From: Botryllus schlosseri
Lineage: Eukaryota
DNA: 64,000 bases
Assembly: GCA_051294905.1 (NCBI GenBank)
Contig: CM119372.1
Location: forward strand, 2,482,001 to 2,546,000
Direction of reading: 5' to 3'
This document shows, one piece after another, positions 26,240 through 40,565 of the stretch (positions are counted from its first letter, which is position 1; each line of letters opens with the position of its first letter). Below the pieces are notes generated by a model. The model saw nothing but the letters and a program-made list of their open reading frames with translations, did not search any database and was not told the origin of the DNA. Position numbers and translations under genes: made by a program.

Positions 26240-27648
26240 CACTGGTCAACAAAATGAAAAAAAAAAATTAGGCAGAACATCTGAGAGCCGTTTCTGGGGT
26301 TTTTGAGGTTGCTGATTACGAATATCACATTAGTTTTGTCATATTGGCTCTTTGTCAGAAGATATTTATACCCCTAAAAAGCCCAAAATTACCGTATTTA
26401 CCCTTAAATATTTCACTTAGTAGGAAGAAAATCGTAGTATTTTCAAATTTAATACTGCACATGAATAAATAATTGACTATGAAGAACCCTCATGTCGTTC
26501 TCAGTCATTCTATCAATATTAACAATGACCTGATGCGAAATATTTGTTTGTCAAAAAGCAGTTTATCAAGCCAAAAAATTGTACTTTTGCACAACAGAAA
26601 TGCATATTCTCCTGTATCAAATGGTCATTCGACCAAGATTAAAGTGAAGTATAAAACTACAAAATTTGTCGTTGAAAGTCTTAACTACAATACTCATATG
26701 CGTCTCATTTCTTTTGACTGGTAAATGGATAATTTTCCGCTGAGTGAACAAAGTGGGTATACCTCGTAACCCTATTAAACGATAAACTTAAATCTGGTGT
26801 CTGGTATATTCGAATACCGATGAAAGATTCCAATATCACATTATGATTGAGTTCACTGCAGGTAATTTCTCCTGAGATGTAGTAAATAAAACTTTTTAGA
26901 TGATCACAAAGCACCCAACTACAAACAAACGTATCTGCATATCGAAAACTCGAACACAAACATGAACAGAAAAGTTCACTTCCTGTTCAGTCATCTTGAT
27001 ATATTTCCTGATCATCCTAGTTGATTAGCAAGGGGAGAGGTTCTACCAAGACATCAGAACAACAAAAGAAACATATTAGGGCAGATGAGATGAACAATTG
27101 AACATATTATGTCAGACCATTGCCGGCACCTTTCGAGAAACTGCACTAAATAGCTTACAGGCGAAAATCGTACAAAAAAATTGCGCTTTAAAATAAATTC
27201 ATAATATGATGTTCCACGTGATTATTTCAAATTGACAATGGGTTGTTGACGTAAAATTGATTGAATTAATGCCAAGTTATTTGAGTATCAAGGTAAATAC
27301 TTATATACATGACTAGAGTTTATTTATGTACATGATATCCGTGAAAGTATGTAACTATGATAAATCTAATACCCTTAAATATAGTGCTGTTGCTTTATTT
27401 TGATTTAAAATAGTCTTCTGTGTGTACAAATAACTAGTAGATTGAATTTCTAAACTTTATTGTACGACTGAGCCGATTTTATATCTACTCACTGCCGTGA
27501 AAATGAGAGATTTTGGTCAAAACAGCCCCATGGGTTATCTCCACAAGAGTCAATTTGAAAAGACCAAGGTCATATTCGGAATCAGTGCCTTTCAGAACCC
27601 CCAAAACCACTCTTACTTTGTCTGTCTCAAAATATGTGTTGACCAGTG
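26240..27648 (+). mobile_element. Chapaev3-like (CMC superfamily) DNA transposon, decayed
   Basis: TIR CACTGGTCAACA / TGTTGACCAGTG with 3-bp TSD TTA. Transposase remnant NMNRKVHFLFSHLDIFPD...QGERFYQDI at about 26960-27060. Confidence 0.8.
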
Positions 27649-27694
27649 TTATCTATCTATCTCCATCGGCGTACCTTGGATTTATTGTCTTTCC

Positions 27695-28180
27695 TGCGCA
27701 ATAGGGTTGTTCCAAAATTACTTTTCAGTTCAGATTTTACTGGGAATTCGATAAAATTGTTAGGTTGGATAGAAAAGTTCTGCTCACCAAATTTGGCTCG
27801 ATTCCAGCGTGTATAGCAGCGAAGCTAGAGGACTTGGAAAATAATAAATTTATTATAATATTAAGATATCTTTTTTTTCAAATTTCGCTTTTATCCCCAT
27901 ATAATGTTTACGTATTGTTCTGAAAACACGATTTGCAACAAATTCGGCTCATTTCCAACCAGCGGAAGCGAAACAATCGGAGCAATAAAAATTGGATTTT
28001 TAAATAACATTGTACGGTGGAAAATTCTTAACTAATTTTGAGCATCGATACCTTCGCTACTACTGAGTGGAATTGAGTCAAATTTCGTGTGCATCTTATT
28101 TCTAGACAACCTAACAATTTTTATTGAATAGCCAGTGAGCTTTGAAGAAAAACTTTATATTTGAACGATCCTACTGCGCA
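27695..28180. mobile_element. MITE-like element with long imperfect inverted arms
   Basis: TGCGCAATAGGGTTGTTC ... GAACGATCCTACTGCGCA, with further inverted similarity internally. Confidence 0.6.
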
Positions 28181-28365
28181 AAGCATGGGTGTTTCAAACT
28201 CACTGACTGCTGTATCGAGCCTCCCTTCTACCCTGCTTATCTGTGTATCACACCCGATTATATTTCTGGTATGAATGTTATTGATGTGCACGGTTGACAA
28301 ATATCGGCAAATATCTGATATATCCTTACGCCAAGCCCGGACTTAGTGCGGTATTCGGTGCCTTG

Positions 28366-31300
28366 TCAATCTCTTTTCTGGTTAGCGACCGCCCGTCGAT
28401 AGTAATACATGAAATTGGACACTATCACAGGCACAGGCAAGGCCAGGCAGAGAATTCCGGTGACCGCGCACGCCATTCCGACGGCTTTACCACCGGGGGA
28501 AACCGGATACATATCTCCGTACCCAACCGTTGTCATCGTAACGATCGCCCACCAGAAGGCGTGCGGGATGCTCTTGAAATGAGATTGTGGGGTTGAATCA
28601 CCGGGACTCCATTTTGGGTTGAATTCTGGAAGAAAACGAGTTGAATGAAATGATTGTTTTGTTGTAAGGAATAGACGCGCAATGGTTCGCTGAGCCGACT
28701 CGATTCGAATCATTTCATGCCTATGGTGAATGACTCAATTTTAGATTTTCCAATTCAGGGTTGTAACCAAGTCACAAGGTTCCGAGACACCAGTCAAATC
28801 GACTTTTATAGTTTCTACTCGAGTCAATTCGAGTCGTATTTTCAGTTCACCACCGAGTCAAGCCCGAGTCCAAGTCAGTGAGAAATGGTTCGAGTTCGAG
28901 TCACAGCGTCGACGCTCGAGTCTGAGTCTAAGTAACACTGTTCAGTGTTCATTATCGAGCTCAAGACATCTTTGTCACACTTCTGTGAAAATCTCGAGTC
29001 GGAGGCCTCTCATTCAAAATATCCTGATTTTTCTCACTCGTAATTTTTAAAGGGGGTTTCTGGGCCTAGTTTCAGGTATCGGTTCTCATACATGAGATTT
29101 GATGCAAGTCGTGTAGAATAAAGCAACTACAGGTCGAGTCAATACGCAAATCGACTGGAGTCTAGTCGAGTCGACGAAAAATTGCGACTCGAGTCATTAT
29201 AAACCTGCTTTGAGTGTTGACTCGACTCGCACTCATTACTGGAGACAAAAGGTTCAATGACTTGGCAACTTGATAATACTAATCGCAATCAGAGAGAAAT
29301 TACGGTAAACTTATTTGTGAAATATTGACATGCTAAAGCCATGATTGGTGTACAGCAAAGATTTCCAAAGTAGGCTACTATAATACGGCAATTAGATACT
29401 TCTTGATATTGAGTTTTATTTTTCCCCTCAACCACCAAACCAGCAATCAGGACATTGTCATAGCAAAAACAAGCATCACAGTAACTGAAGTAATTATCTA
29501 ATTTTATATCATGCTCATATTGTGTTGTATTCACGTCATTTCATCATTCCAACTACCGGTTACCGTATATATAGGTCATTCTTTTCTGCTTCAATAACGT
29601 TTCCTAATTTTTTGATAAAGTAGGGAAATTATGGGCCTATAGCCCGTAGGGGTGCAACCGTACAACATAGGTTGGGAGCAATGTTCCCTCTAAGCTGTGC
29701 ATGTGCGCAAATGCGCAGTGCTGATATGGTCTCTGCGCACATAAAATCTAAGTTGCGCACAAAATATTCGAAGTGATGACCATTTTTTTTAGTCGTTACG
29801 CACTGTTGTCCAAGGGTCTGTGCAGTAAGTTGGTGAGTGTGCGCAGACTCGTCAAAAATTAGAGGGAACATTGGTTAGGAGTGCCTGACATACATACATT
29901 TGTCGTTCACACAATTATAGGAATAAACTTTGATTTGCTATGAATTGAACATAATTCTCGTTATATTTTTGCGAATTCAGTAATCGACATTCTAAATCTA
30001 ATTTTGAAAAAAACCTATATATTTATCCGTCCTACTAATTCTTAGGAAAATGGGGAAAGTTCCAATTGTCCAACTATTATACCTATCTAACATTCATATT
30101 CTAATATAATTAGCAAAATGTGTCCAACTGTTTTTTCCTACCTACAAAGTAGATAGCGCTCGAGAAGATGACGACCCCGATTAGCACGAAGAACAGGAGC
30201 AGCCCGAGTTCTCTGAAACTTGAGGACAGAGTCTGCCCGAGAGTCTGCAGTCCAGTTGAGTGTCGCGATAGCTTAAGAATTCTGAAAACTCTGACCAGCC
30301 TGACGACTCGGAAGACGGAGAGAGAATTTCCTTTCTTCACTGAAACGAGAGAAGTACTTCTACATTTTCAAAGTACATAAATAGTTGTCCGCTACTTGAG
30401 GTACTTACTTAATACAATCCTCTACTACTGCTACTTCTACTTCGTATCATTTTGTATAAGTATAAGTATTACGGGAGAGAAGTGGAGCGAGGAAGAGAGA
30501 GACAGACTGAAATCTATGGAATTGTATTTTCCATGGAGTACCAACAAGAATGTCATTTTCATAAAATTTTAAATTTTGTTCGTCGACGTGTTTAGTATTG
30601 ACGAAATCGCCATGAACTGCCGCGTCTGAAAATGCCCGTTTTAGCTCGATCCGACGAACATTGCGGATTTGATGACCCAAATACAATTGTTTATGGGAAA
30701 CTAGCACAGCGAAGATGAATCGCAAAATTTGCTATCTTCCACCATGCGATACATATGCTTTTCAGGCCAGAAGTTTCATCGTGCTTGGCGATAAATAGGC
30801 TAAATATGGAGCGAGAAAATGAGTTTTCACGAAAGCACAAGAAAAAATAATTCATGTGACGAGTTGCGTGGATTCTTTCACACCGCATAGCCGCCCATAT
30901 TAAATGGTTCCTTACGGAAAATACGGCCCGCCCTTCGTCTTAACTGCGGGACCTTATAATACGGGGGAGGGCGACGTTCCATGACATTTTCTGAAACGAA
31001 GAGCTGGGGTAAACAATAGTTAAGAACCGCTGTTCCGTAACATAACCATCATTCGCATTACATGATGTGTTGTAGTCTTCAGTTCCTATGATGTTCCTGG
31101 GATGTGGTAGCACTTTCGCACAGCTCAGTTTCCTTATTTTGACAATCCTTGAGTGCGTATTTGTGAATGCTTTTCAAATTTACTTAATTACTTGAGTAGA
31201 GTCAAAGTCATCCGATTCTACTTGTACTATAAGTAGTGGTCAGTTGTTTTTAAAGGCATTACTTCTACTTGAAATTTAGTACATGTTTGCGCGGATACTT

Positions 31301-34300
31301 CTACTTCTACTCGAGATTCCTGACTATAATTTATCCACATCTCGTGAAAGAAACGAAAGAACGAACCTGATTCATCCGCGGAAGCACTCGATATCGTTGT
31401 CACGAAATAAGGAACAATCGACACCAGATCGATCACGTTCATGACGTCACAGAAGAAGCGAGATTTTCGCGGGCAGGTCGAGAATCGAAGGACGAGCTGT
31501 TAAAGCACGTTTTATTGATTGTTTTCCAAAACCAACGCTGAACTCTCACCTCGATTGTGAACCAAACAATGCAGACGCTCTCGATCGCCCAGAACGGGTT
31601 TGCAGTGAAATGAGGTCGTTTTATCGTGGTTGTGGCGGCATAGTCGATATTTTCGCGGGAACTGTTGTCGTTACTTTCATTACGCTTGAGTCCGGGCACC
31701 GTTTCCAAACAAAACGAAGTAACGGAAAGCAGAATGATGCAGACTGACACGAGAGCAACCGCGCGGGCGGCTCCGGATGACTCCGGTTTTTCGAACAGGA
31801 GCCAGACTTTTTGTTGTAGCGAATCGCCGTCTTTCTTTTGAAGATCCGAGCCTGGAATTGATTTCAGAAAAGTGTAGAAAAATTCGTCCGGATCCGGTTC
31901 TGAATGTTTAAATAAGGATCTGGAAATTCATACCCGAAACTGAGCATCGATTTCCAGTGTTTTCGATATTTTGTACCTCAAGTTTTACCAAATATCAATG
32001 TCGACTCACCTCCGTTACGTTCGAAGCCGTCGAGTTCGCGGAGTTTGTTAATCGCGTTCGATCCAAGTTCGAAAAACTCGATCTCGTCCGCGAACACGTC
32101 GACTGGCACGTCCGACGGTCGTCTTAATTTTCCGCCGGTCTGTTGTATCACAATCGTGAGATCATCGAACGGTCGCAGCGTCTCAGATACATTGAAGATT
32201 CGAAGGACATATCGAACAATGTTATATCCTAAATCTTGTTGGGTGGTTGCTACTCCAAGGACATTGCCTGAACTATATAAGCTGATGACTAAAAATATCA
32301 TCAATTTTTCATTAAATGAGAACACAAGTCGAAAATATAAACCGATCCTATGACGGGCAATGAAATTATATAGTTGCAACTACAACATTGACGTTTCATG
32401 GACCTCATGGTAAGAGTTCCTGACACAACGACACCTATAACACAACACTCCTCAATCAAATCCACGACACAATACTTATAACTAGGGCGATATTAATTTG
32501 ACGTGTCAAAAAAGTCAAAATTTTGTCAAAACTGTAGCGTTAGGCCAAAAATCGGCAAAATTGTTTACAAAGTCAAAAAGATTTTGCAATCTACATTTTG
32601 TTTGTATCGTAGATTTTGCACTGTCGATGACCTTGTCATTTGACATTTTACAGCTTGTAGCCTACTATATAGGCCTACCGGGCCATTGTCTACTCGTTGT
32701 GAATCATAGACGACCAAATGAACCAAATAAGTTGACATGGTGTTATGCTCAACGTACCGCGATATCATAACTGAAGCAAGACTGCGTGGGCATACTGGGT
32801 ATTGCATGGTTCTTATATCAAGGAGCGTATGATGAAAAATTTTGATGCAGACACGATTGTAGAATGAAGCAACACGGTGTGCCACCAGCAGTGTATGCAC
32901 AATGCACATAACACAACTTCAGTGTTGTCAGCTAACAACTGCTACTGCTGAACGTTTTTTCTCCATTCTTGGTAAGCTACTTAGTGAGGACAGACACTTT
33001 GTAACCTTGAATGTAGGAAATTATCATTCGTTGCACTACACTAACTTTTATATATTTCCACCATAGGGCCAGATTTCATTAAAACAATGTCTTTTTCGTG
33101 TATTTTTTCCAGTTTTTTGGTCAAAATTTTTTTTTCAGGTCAAACTACTTCGTAAGGACAGACAGTTCCAACCATAAATGAATATAAGTAACACAATTCT
33201 AACATTATGCGCGAAACAACTACTTTGCATACGTTACGTCAAAATTTGGTCAAAATTGAGTTTTTTAAGGTAAAAAAAGTCAAAATGTTGATTTTTTAGG
33301 TCAAAATCTTTCGTTTTTAGGTAAAAAAAATCGCCCTACTTATAACTTAATTGATACATATTGCTTCACACAAAGACAACACAAGAAGTGCCTGGTAATA
33401 ATGCAAAATGGCGTCGAAACTTTTTCGGTTCCGATTGAAGAAATATTGTTTTCTGATCGGATCAAAATACTCGAGCCTTCGTTCCGCATCACCGAGCAGA
33501 GTAGTGGGGAACTGGTTCAAAGTCTTCAGCTGAGTTTCGTAAATCTGGAGGAAAAATATATGCAAGATATCAGTGACATCACAAAAGTTCATTGAAGATG
33601 ATAATCAGATCTATAGCAATCCCAGCGGATAGTTTGATGACATTAAAAGTTATGGCTGTTGATGAGATAATTCTCAAATATGAAATTTGGACAATAGGCA
33701 GAGCAATAACCATGAGGTGGTGGGAAATCGTGCATCGTGCATTCAGTTAACGGCGGCCTCGCGACCCCCTTCAGGTGCTTCCACGCCCCGCCCAGTTTGA
33801 GAACCACTGATCTAAGGTAACCTACATTTTCAACCTAGATATCTAATTTAGGTTAGTTGTCTTACCTTAATATCCAACATATGTGAGTTTTCTAACCTAG
33901 ATATCTCACCTATCTTAGTTTTCCACCCTAGATATTTGACGTATGCTAGTTACTTCTCTTCCCTAGATATCTAACCTATCTTAGTGTTCTAACAACGCAG
34001 ACTAGTTTGCCAACCTAGATACCTAACCTGGGTTCAGTCATCTACAGCGAAACGCACCTGTCCTGAAACGTTAATCTCGATTCGCAAGCAGCACGAACAG
34101 ACGCCATTACTGCTCGGAAGCGCTCCTATATTGGTAGATCAGATTCACTTTACTGGCGCTCTTTAGCGTTGTCTCGCGTAAAACATACCCGGAGTTTTCG
34201 ATATCCCGTTTCTTCGAGCGTTCGCGATTGCGACGTCAGCCGGGCGATTGCTCTCCATGCACTTCTGTATCGCGTCCATGATCACCTTTGCGCCATCTAT

Positions 34301-35248
34301 TGGCGATGAATTCGTGTCACCGCGGTAGCTGTCAATCGCCTTTATCAATTCCTTAGCGCTTCCCAGCGGTTCTTTATCAACCGTCTTGGCTGAAACAAGC
34401 AAGTTTCCCGAACTTCAGCAGAACTACAATATTGCAACAAGAAATAAGTTCGTATTGGCTAAGTTAGGTATTTCCAAATCATGATGTGCCGAACCGATTA
34501 TTTTCTGACCTACAGATTGAAATTCTTGAGAGTTTTGTGACGACAAAGACTTAATATTTTTGAAACTCGATATGTTATTTCAGTCAATTGCGGTCAATTG
34601 CTGCGCACAATGATTTGAGTATTCAAATCCGAATCGAGTATTAATTCCAAATTTTCTAGTCGAGAAGTGAGAGATGATGTTTTGAGTACTGCGATTATAC
34701 GATCCTTCAATACTTAATTTGACGTACAATTTTCCACTGCGGACGGCTATAATATTCAATTGGTCGTGTCGCACCATACGAAACATATACTCTAGTACAA
34801 AACTTCGTACGTCAATGGAAATGACACATATGAGAAATCGTGATCGATCAGTGGCATTGGTATAAAGTGCAACGAAATAGGTATGGTCAGTAAAATGCCA
34901 ATTAACATTTAATTCGGGTTACCATATTTTGAGTTCCAAAAAAGAGGACACTTTCTACAATTCACAAATTATGAATTATATCATTCTTTGATACGTGAAG
35001 TTTGGAAATTTGACTGCTAATATTGATGGGTTGAAGCTGAAGGTCATTCAACCGACTGGACTCCCGGAAGACCTGTCCCACGTAGAATTTTTAGTAGCCT
35101 AAACCAGATTTAATTTCATGGATGCACGGACCTCCCTCGCAAATATTTCGAGACTCTCTCCTCGATTCGACACCCTGCTGCCATTTTCCAACGGGGAGAT
35201 CCGACAAGGAGGAGAGACGGAATTTCCGTTTCGGAATCGGGAGAGATT
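28366..35248 (-). CDS. KCNA: Voltage-gated potassium channel, Shaker/Kv1 subfamily alpha subunit (multi-exon; 5' end uncertain)
   Basis: Exons: 35248-35132 (tentative), 34389-34189, 34125-34058 ([12 protein letters not shown]), 33544-33392 (T1: [19 protein letters not shown]...FDAILHYYQ), 32139-32010 ([24 protein letters not shown]), 31851-31550 ([12 protein letters not shown]1, S2), 31496-31367 (S3 [13 protein letters not shown]), 30339-30142 (S4 [18 protein letters not shown]5), 28625-28366 (pore [16 protein letters not shown]6 [11 protein letters not shown]). Frame is continuous across all junctions. Confidence 0.93.
28756..29207 (-). mobile_element. hAT-type MITE, family A, inverted, in the last Kv1 intron
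   Basis: CAGGGTTGTAACCAAGTCAC ... GACTCGAGTCATTATAAACCTG; no clear TSD. Confidence 0.7.
29679..29873. mobile_element. hAT-type MITE
   Basis: TIR CAATGTTCCCTCTAA / TTAGAGGGAACATTG; TSD GTTGGGAG/GTTAGGAG. Confidence 0.8.
32483..33338 (+). mobile_element. Deleted hAT transposon (same family as 15309-16189), in a Kv1 intron
   Basis: TIR TAGGGCGA / TCGCCCTA; perfect 8-bp TSD CTTATAAC; remnant [21 protein letters not shown]. Confidence 0.88.
33826..34030. repeat. Degenerate minisatellite (about 30-bp unit, about 6-7 copies) in a Kv1 intron
   Basis: Recurring ACCTAGATATCTAACCTATCTTAGT-like unit. Confidence 0.7.
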
Positions 35249-36518
35249 CTGGAATGAGAAGAGTTTTTTTACGTATCAGAGAGAGAATCTATATTTGCCA
35301 ACAAAACATAAATTGTAATAGGATGGAATGTGATGTAAGAGTAAGCGAGGTATAGATGGGATGCTCGATATCACAGAGCAACCAAAGGCACTCAGGCCAG
35401 GCTTGTACAAACTACTGGATTTACAAAATGCGCAACTAGAACTAGAACTGAAATTTAGTATGTTAAGAATTTCATTTGATATCGCCCAAGCAGAGTTGTA
35501 CAAAAAGTAGGTTGAGCAAGGACTTGGACTATGATTCTAGTCGCAACACAACACTATATGACTTGGACTCGACCCCCTGCTCTCCGATTTGGACTTGATT
35601 TGATGGTGAACTGAAAATGATTGTACCGGAGTCAAAACTATAAAAGTAAGATTGACTTGTGACTCGGAACCATGTGTCTTGGTCACAACACAACGCGACA
35701 GACAGACAGGCACACATACAAACCATGGGTGTTTCTCCGCCGTTCTCTCGAAGATCCTTCGCTCGCAGTCCTAGAGACACCACGATGACTGACGACGCGC
35801 TGAAACCATGACAACAATCTACACATCACAGAGAAAGTAACCCGCAACTAAACCAATCACCGATAATCCGCCGCTCATGTCTTGCATCCTTGCGGCCGCT
35901 ACTCCGAACATTTCGCAACTGCAGATTGGTTAGTGAAATAGATATAGAATTTGTTATTATTCTGATCTTCATCAGTTAAGATGGATGGGCACAATGATTC
36001 CAGTAATTATTAGCGTCGAGCAGTGATATATGATCTTGTCGAGTACTGAAACTATACGCTCTTTGTCATTCAGGGCAGAGATTCTAAAGTTGGATAAACA
36101 ATAAAGTCGATTATCCCGTTCGTCAGGATTTACCAACCCAGGATTAGGAAAACCGGTCGATCGCGGAGCATAAATTTCGTGATAATCTCACGATTCAACA
36201 AACCAGAACAAACTACAGATAACTAGTTATCTATAAAAGCAGCGTACCATTCCTACGCACAAATATTTCCGCTACTGACAGTGTCGACTGGCTCCTAGGT
36301 AATGGCTTCACTAAACAATCAACGAATTATGTAGTCGCCATTGCAGAGCGATATATCAATATTCCGTAATCCGTTTCTTAGCGGTACCGTCCGAATTGGA
36401 CACGGCTTTGATTTCGCGATGATGATAATTCTACCTATTGCAATAATAGTATCGTTATCAGTAGGCTGCTGTTTCATTTCATATAATGCGTTTTCGCATT
36501 ATGATACAACAGATAACA

Positions 36519-36847
36519 TAGGGTTACCATACGTCCTCTTTTAAGAGGATTTGTCCTCTTTTTTTAAATTTTTTGAAAGCTTCCTCGGAAGCCACCCTTT
36601 TGTCCTCTTTTTTGGGATTTTGTCCTCTTTTCTGAGAATTGCGGTCCAATTTATGGCTAAAATCGACTGAGATGCCGTATTTCAGCACCGAAGTAACGCT
36701 CAGGCGGGTATTTCGGGAGCTGAGCAGGAGATGACCTTTTTTTTTAGTCAACCGACCCCGACGTGGGAAAAATTACCATATTTTCCTCCGTTTTTCAAAT
36801 TTTGAAAAAGTGTCCTCTTTTCAGATTTCTAAAATATGGTAACCCTA
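36519..36847. mobile_element. hAT-type MITE, TAGGGTTACCATA family
   Basis: TIR TAGGGTTACCATA / TATGGTAACCCTA; perfect TSD AGATAACA. Relatives at about 16258-16531, 22793-23160 and 49708-49974. Confidence 0.85.
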
Positions 36848-39800
36848 AGATAACACCACTTAATTGAAAATTCGGGAGACCTCGACTAACCATCACGCGT
36901 AACCTTTTCCTACTTTATGCGTCGTGATTAGCTAACTTTTGTTATCTCCGCCTAAAATGCGTTCCGATTAGCAGTTTTTATTCACATGATTAGTTTTCTC
37001 CCGGATCAGCTAACTTTATTTCTCCGCCTTTAGAGCGGAGATCATAACGTTAGCTTATCCGGAACTTATCTAACTTTATGCACCAATAACATTAGCAGCT
37101 TCAAGCAAACTATCTTCGAGCGAGGACTATCCCGAGTCGTCTGGTGAAACTTTTCATCATGTGAAGTAGGTTGCCACGATTAACAGTTTTTAATAATTAG
37201 ACGATTAGCATTCTCCCGAATGCGATAACTGTATGATCACCACCCTAAGAGGTAACTCATCTAAAATTTTAGTGTCGATAGCATTTCCACTGTGGAAGCC
37301 TTGAAACCTGGATTGGTCGCATCGCAGCATGTGTGATCAACCTACAACATTGTCACAAAATGCAATGAAATAGGTGTGATCGGAAAAACTACCACATAAT
37401 CTTGAATGTGATGTATGCTTTGCGGTCGCCTAAAAGGTACACAAGTAGACATGAAGAAGTTTTTCTCTCTCATTCAAACACCTGACCTATTGCTCTGCAT
37501 TCAGAATCAAGTTGATTGCGATTATTACAAGACATGGAGCGCATTACCAGGATTTTCATCTCTCAGGCAGAAAACAACTACGCCTCGAAAACGTTCAAGC
37601 TGAATGGAGAGTCGCAATCAGTGGTGTGCGAAACAATGATCTATCGATCGCAGAATCGATTGTTCCGACTCAGAATCCAATCGATCGGCGATGGAACTTT
37701 CCTCATTTCGGACGACGTCACGTCACATGGATTTTGGATATGGATTTGGACTGGAAAAAATCTAGATCGATTCTGAATTGAGTATAGGCTGCGAGCATCA
37801 CTCATTACAACAGCATGCCAGTATGGGCGTTGTGTTATGTTCTAATATGTACATTTTATGCGACCGCAAAGAACATAATGTCAATTCTGCACCGCATTGA
37901 AGAGAATTCGGCATTCTGTCGACCATACCTATTTTATTGCGCCTTCTGGCAATGCTATAGGACGTATAGGTGGATTGCGACTTAAAAGTGAACAGTACCG
38001 GACGCACTCGGATAGGGTTCGGACCGGATTTTGGACAATTTGCGACAATATGATCGGATTCGGATTCTATTGCAGATTTTGCTTGGGATATTCTCGGATA
38101 GTTGTGACTTCTGCTGCGGATATTTCTGGACAGTTCTGACTAGATGTGACTTAAAATCAAAAGACAAAAATCGTCAGCTCGACAAACAAACACGGACGGT
38201 AAACACGTTCTGATAGGACTAGTAACACTCTGAAGTTGTTCTGTCTAAGGCCCAAGCAAATATTGATATCAGCCAATCCTAAACTTGGCCTTTCGAAAAA
38301 CTGTTCGCAGCTCAACTGTAAGCCTACAATTAAGATTCTTGGGAAAAGTTATTCGATTCGTATTCTGGACGGCATTATTCGGATTCACATGGATTTTCGG
38401 TTGAGATTGTTCGGATTCCGACGAATATTTCTTCAGAGACTCAAGCTGTCGTACGGATGTGGATTCACAGAAATCAATATCCGCTCATCATTGCTTCTAG
38501 GGTTGCATTTAAAACAAAAATCAAGTTAAAACAAACATATTTTAAACAAAGTAGTTTAAACATCCATTTGTTTTAAATGCCACCCTAACTGCTTCACACA
38601 GCTATATGTCATTTACACTATCGCGCGTAGCCTTGTATTGCATGTTTCGTATTTTTTCCGACCATCCCTATTTCATTGCACTTTGTGGCAATGCTGGGGG
38701 TTGACCACGACTTCACGGTTATGTCATTTCCATTGACCTGCGCAGCTTCGTACTGCATAATTTATATGCTGCGATGCAACCAATCGGGATTTACAACCTT
38801 CCATAATAAAAATAGTATCTAAACTATAATCCCAATTGTCAAATAACCTCTCAGTGGAGAGGACCGTGTCATTTCAGTACGCAATGAATCGTCACACATT
38901 ACTCGACTCGATTCATTACTACGAATCATCGGTTCGTATTCGAGTTCTCGAGTCATTGTGCCCAGCCCTATTACGTACTTGATTTTGAGAATAAAACACT
39001 GCCACGAATCTACTTCAGGGGAGTTCGACACGCGATCAAACTACATCGATCGTCGATTGCACGAACACGAGATACGTTAGTTGCGTATTTCATAAATTAT
39101 TAATGATCCAGCTGAAGCGTAACGCTTCTTTTCGTAATACCACTGAGAAAATTTCATTAGTAAACCGATTTTCTGAAAGACAAGGCAGTTTTGTAATTAG
39201 CGATAAATAATTCAACCATTCTATCAGCGGTTCAGCATGACCCAGGAACTATTTATTGATGAATGTCCTCTCACTGCATGAAATGTTATTCAAATAACAA
39301 TATTTTAACTTGAAATCTGTGAAAAGATACAAGTGCATTTATTCTCTTTTATAATATTATTTTCATCAGTTGAAAAGACCACAAGAAGCGATAGGGAGAT
39401 ACGATGTTGTTGAAACCCCTTGTGATACTTTTGTAATGAAATGCCGACCTTGGCCAGCAGATAAAATTACGAAGGAACATGTAAATAAGAGAATTCCAAG
39501 ACCGAACGAAGAATAAAATTAGATAACATGAAAGGTCAAGGTATGAAAATGAACAGGCTATGTGTAAGTAGACGATTTGATATGTCACATCGTGGCCTGG
39601 TAATCTCCAGTGCAGGCTTGTATTCATGCGTACCAAGGAACGAAGCGTCATTAATTCATATTCTACACATCCACATGACCAGCCCCTGCTCCCCAAGAGC
39701 TTGTCTTGCGCCCCATACACTCGTAGCGAAAAAAGTGTGGATTCACACCCGTGTACTACCCGTGATATACAGGTGTGAATATACACCCATAATACACGAA

Positions 39801-40565
39801 ACCATAACCTACCTCAGACTTACACAGCGGTATACATCAAACAGAATTATTCCAAAGAATCATTGATTCAGTGTGACTGATGTCGCTGAATGTCTCATAC
39901 AGAATATTTTCAATGCACAATGCGTTCATCTTTGGTTCTCAGCCTTCTTCTGAAAACGGACTCCTAGCAGGAAAATTACCATCTCACGGAATCCAAAGTC
40001 GTTGAAATTTACGCTGTATCCGATAATATCGCCAATCTGCGCGTTGAGCAAATGTGTACGCCTGTATGCTGAAGTTTCCCAGAAGTAAACAGCAAAAGTG
40101 TCTGAGCTGATAGCTGTTCCAGTTATAAATTACTAGTGCTGTAGGGCAGTTGCTGGCTCGCGGCTTCTGCGCCTATAAAATTGCAAACACTATGTACCGC
40201 TGTTTCTGTGGCCAATTCCCATCAGACCTCCGCCGTAATATTACGCCATCAGTTGTTGTCCACTGTCCATTGATATGGAACCAGATTTTTGGTGAAATGT
40301 AAATATACCCGCTAATATGTGCCAGAGATTTATTTACCTTATCTGCGTGGCGCGACGGTTTGTCATTTGCGTCACTTATACAGCCATCATAATAAGCCGT
40401 TCTAATATATTTCCATCCAATCAAGACATATATTGTACAAGACAAGACCAGACCAGACACAATATAATGAATATATTCTGTCTGGCATTTTGTTCTTGAA
40501 TAAAAATTTATTTGTAGAATGTATTTTTTAACGAAAAGAAACGGTGGCTGCTAAAAAAGAAAACT

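Noticed and set aside
35700..35900. First coding exon of Kv1
   Set aside because: An open phase-compatible frame exists, but no confident ATG or donor could be assigned. Left unannotated.
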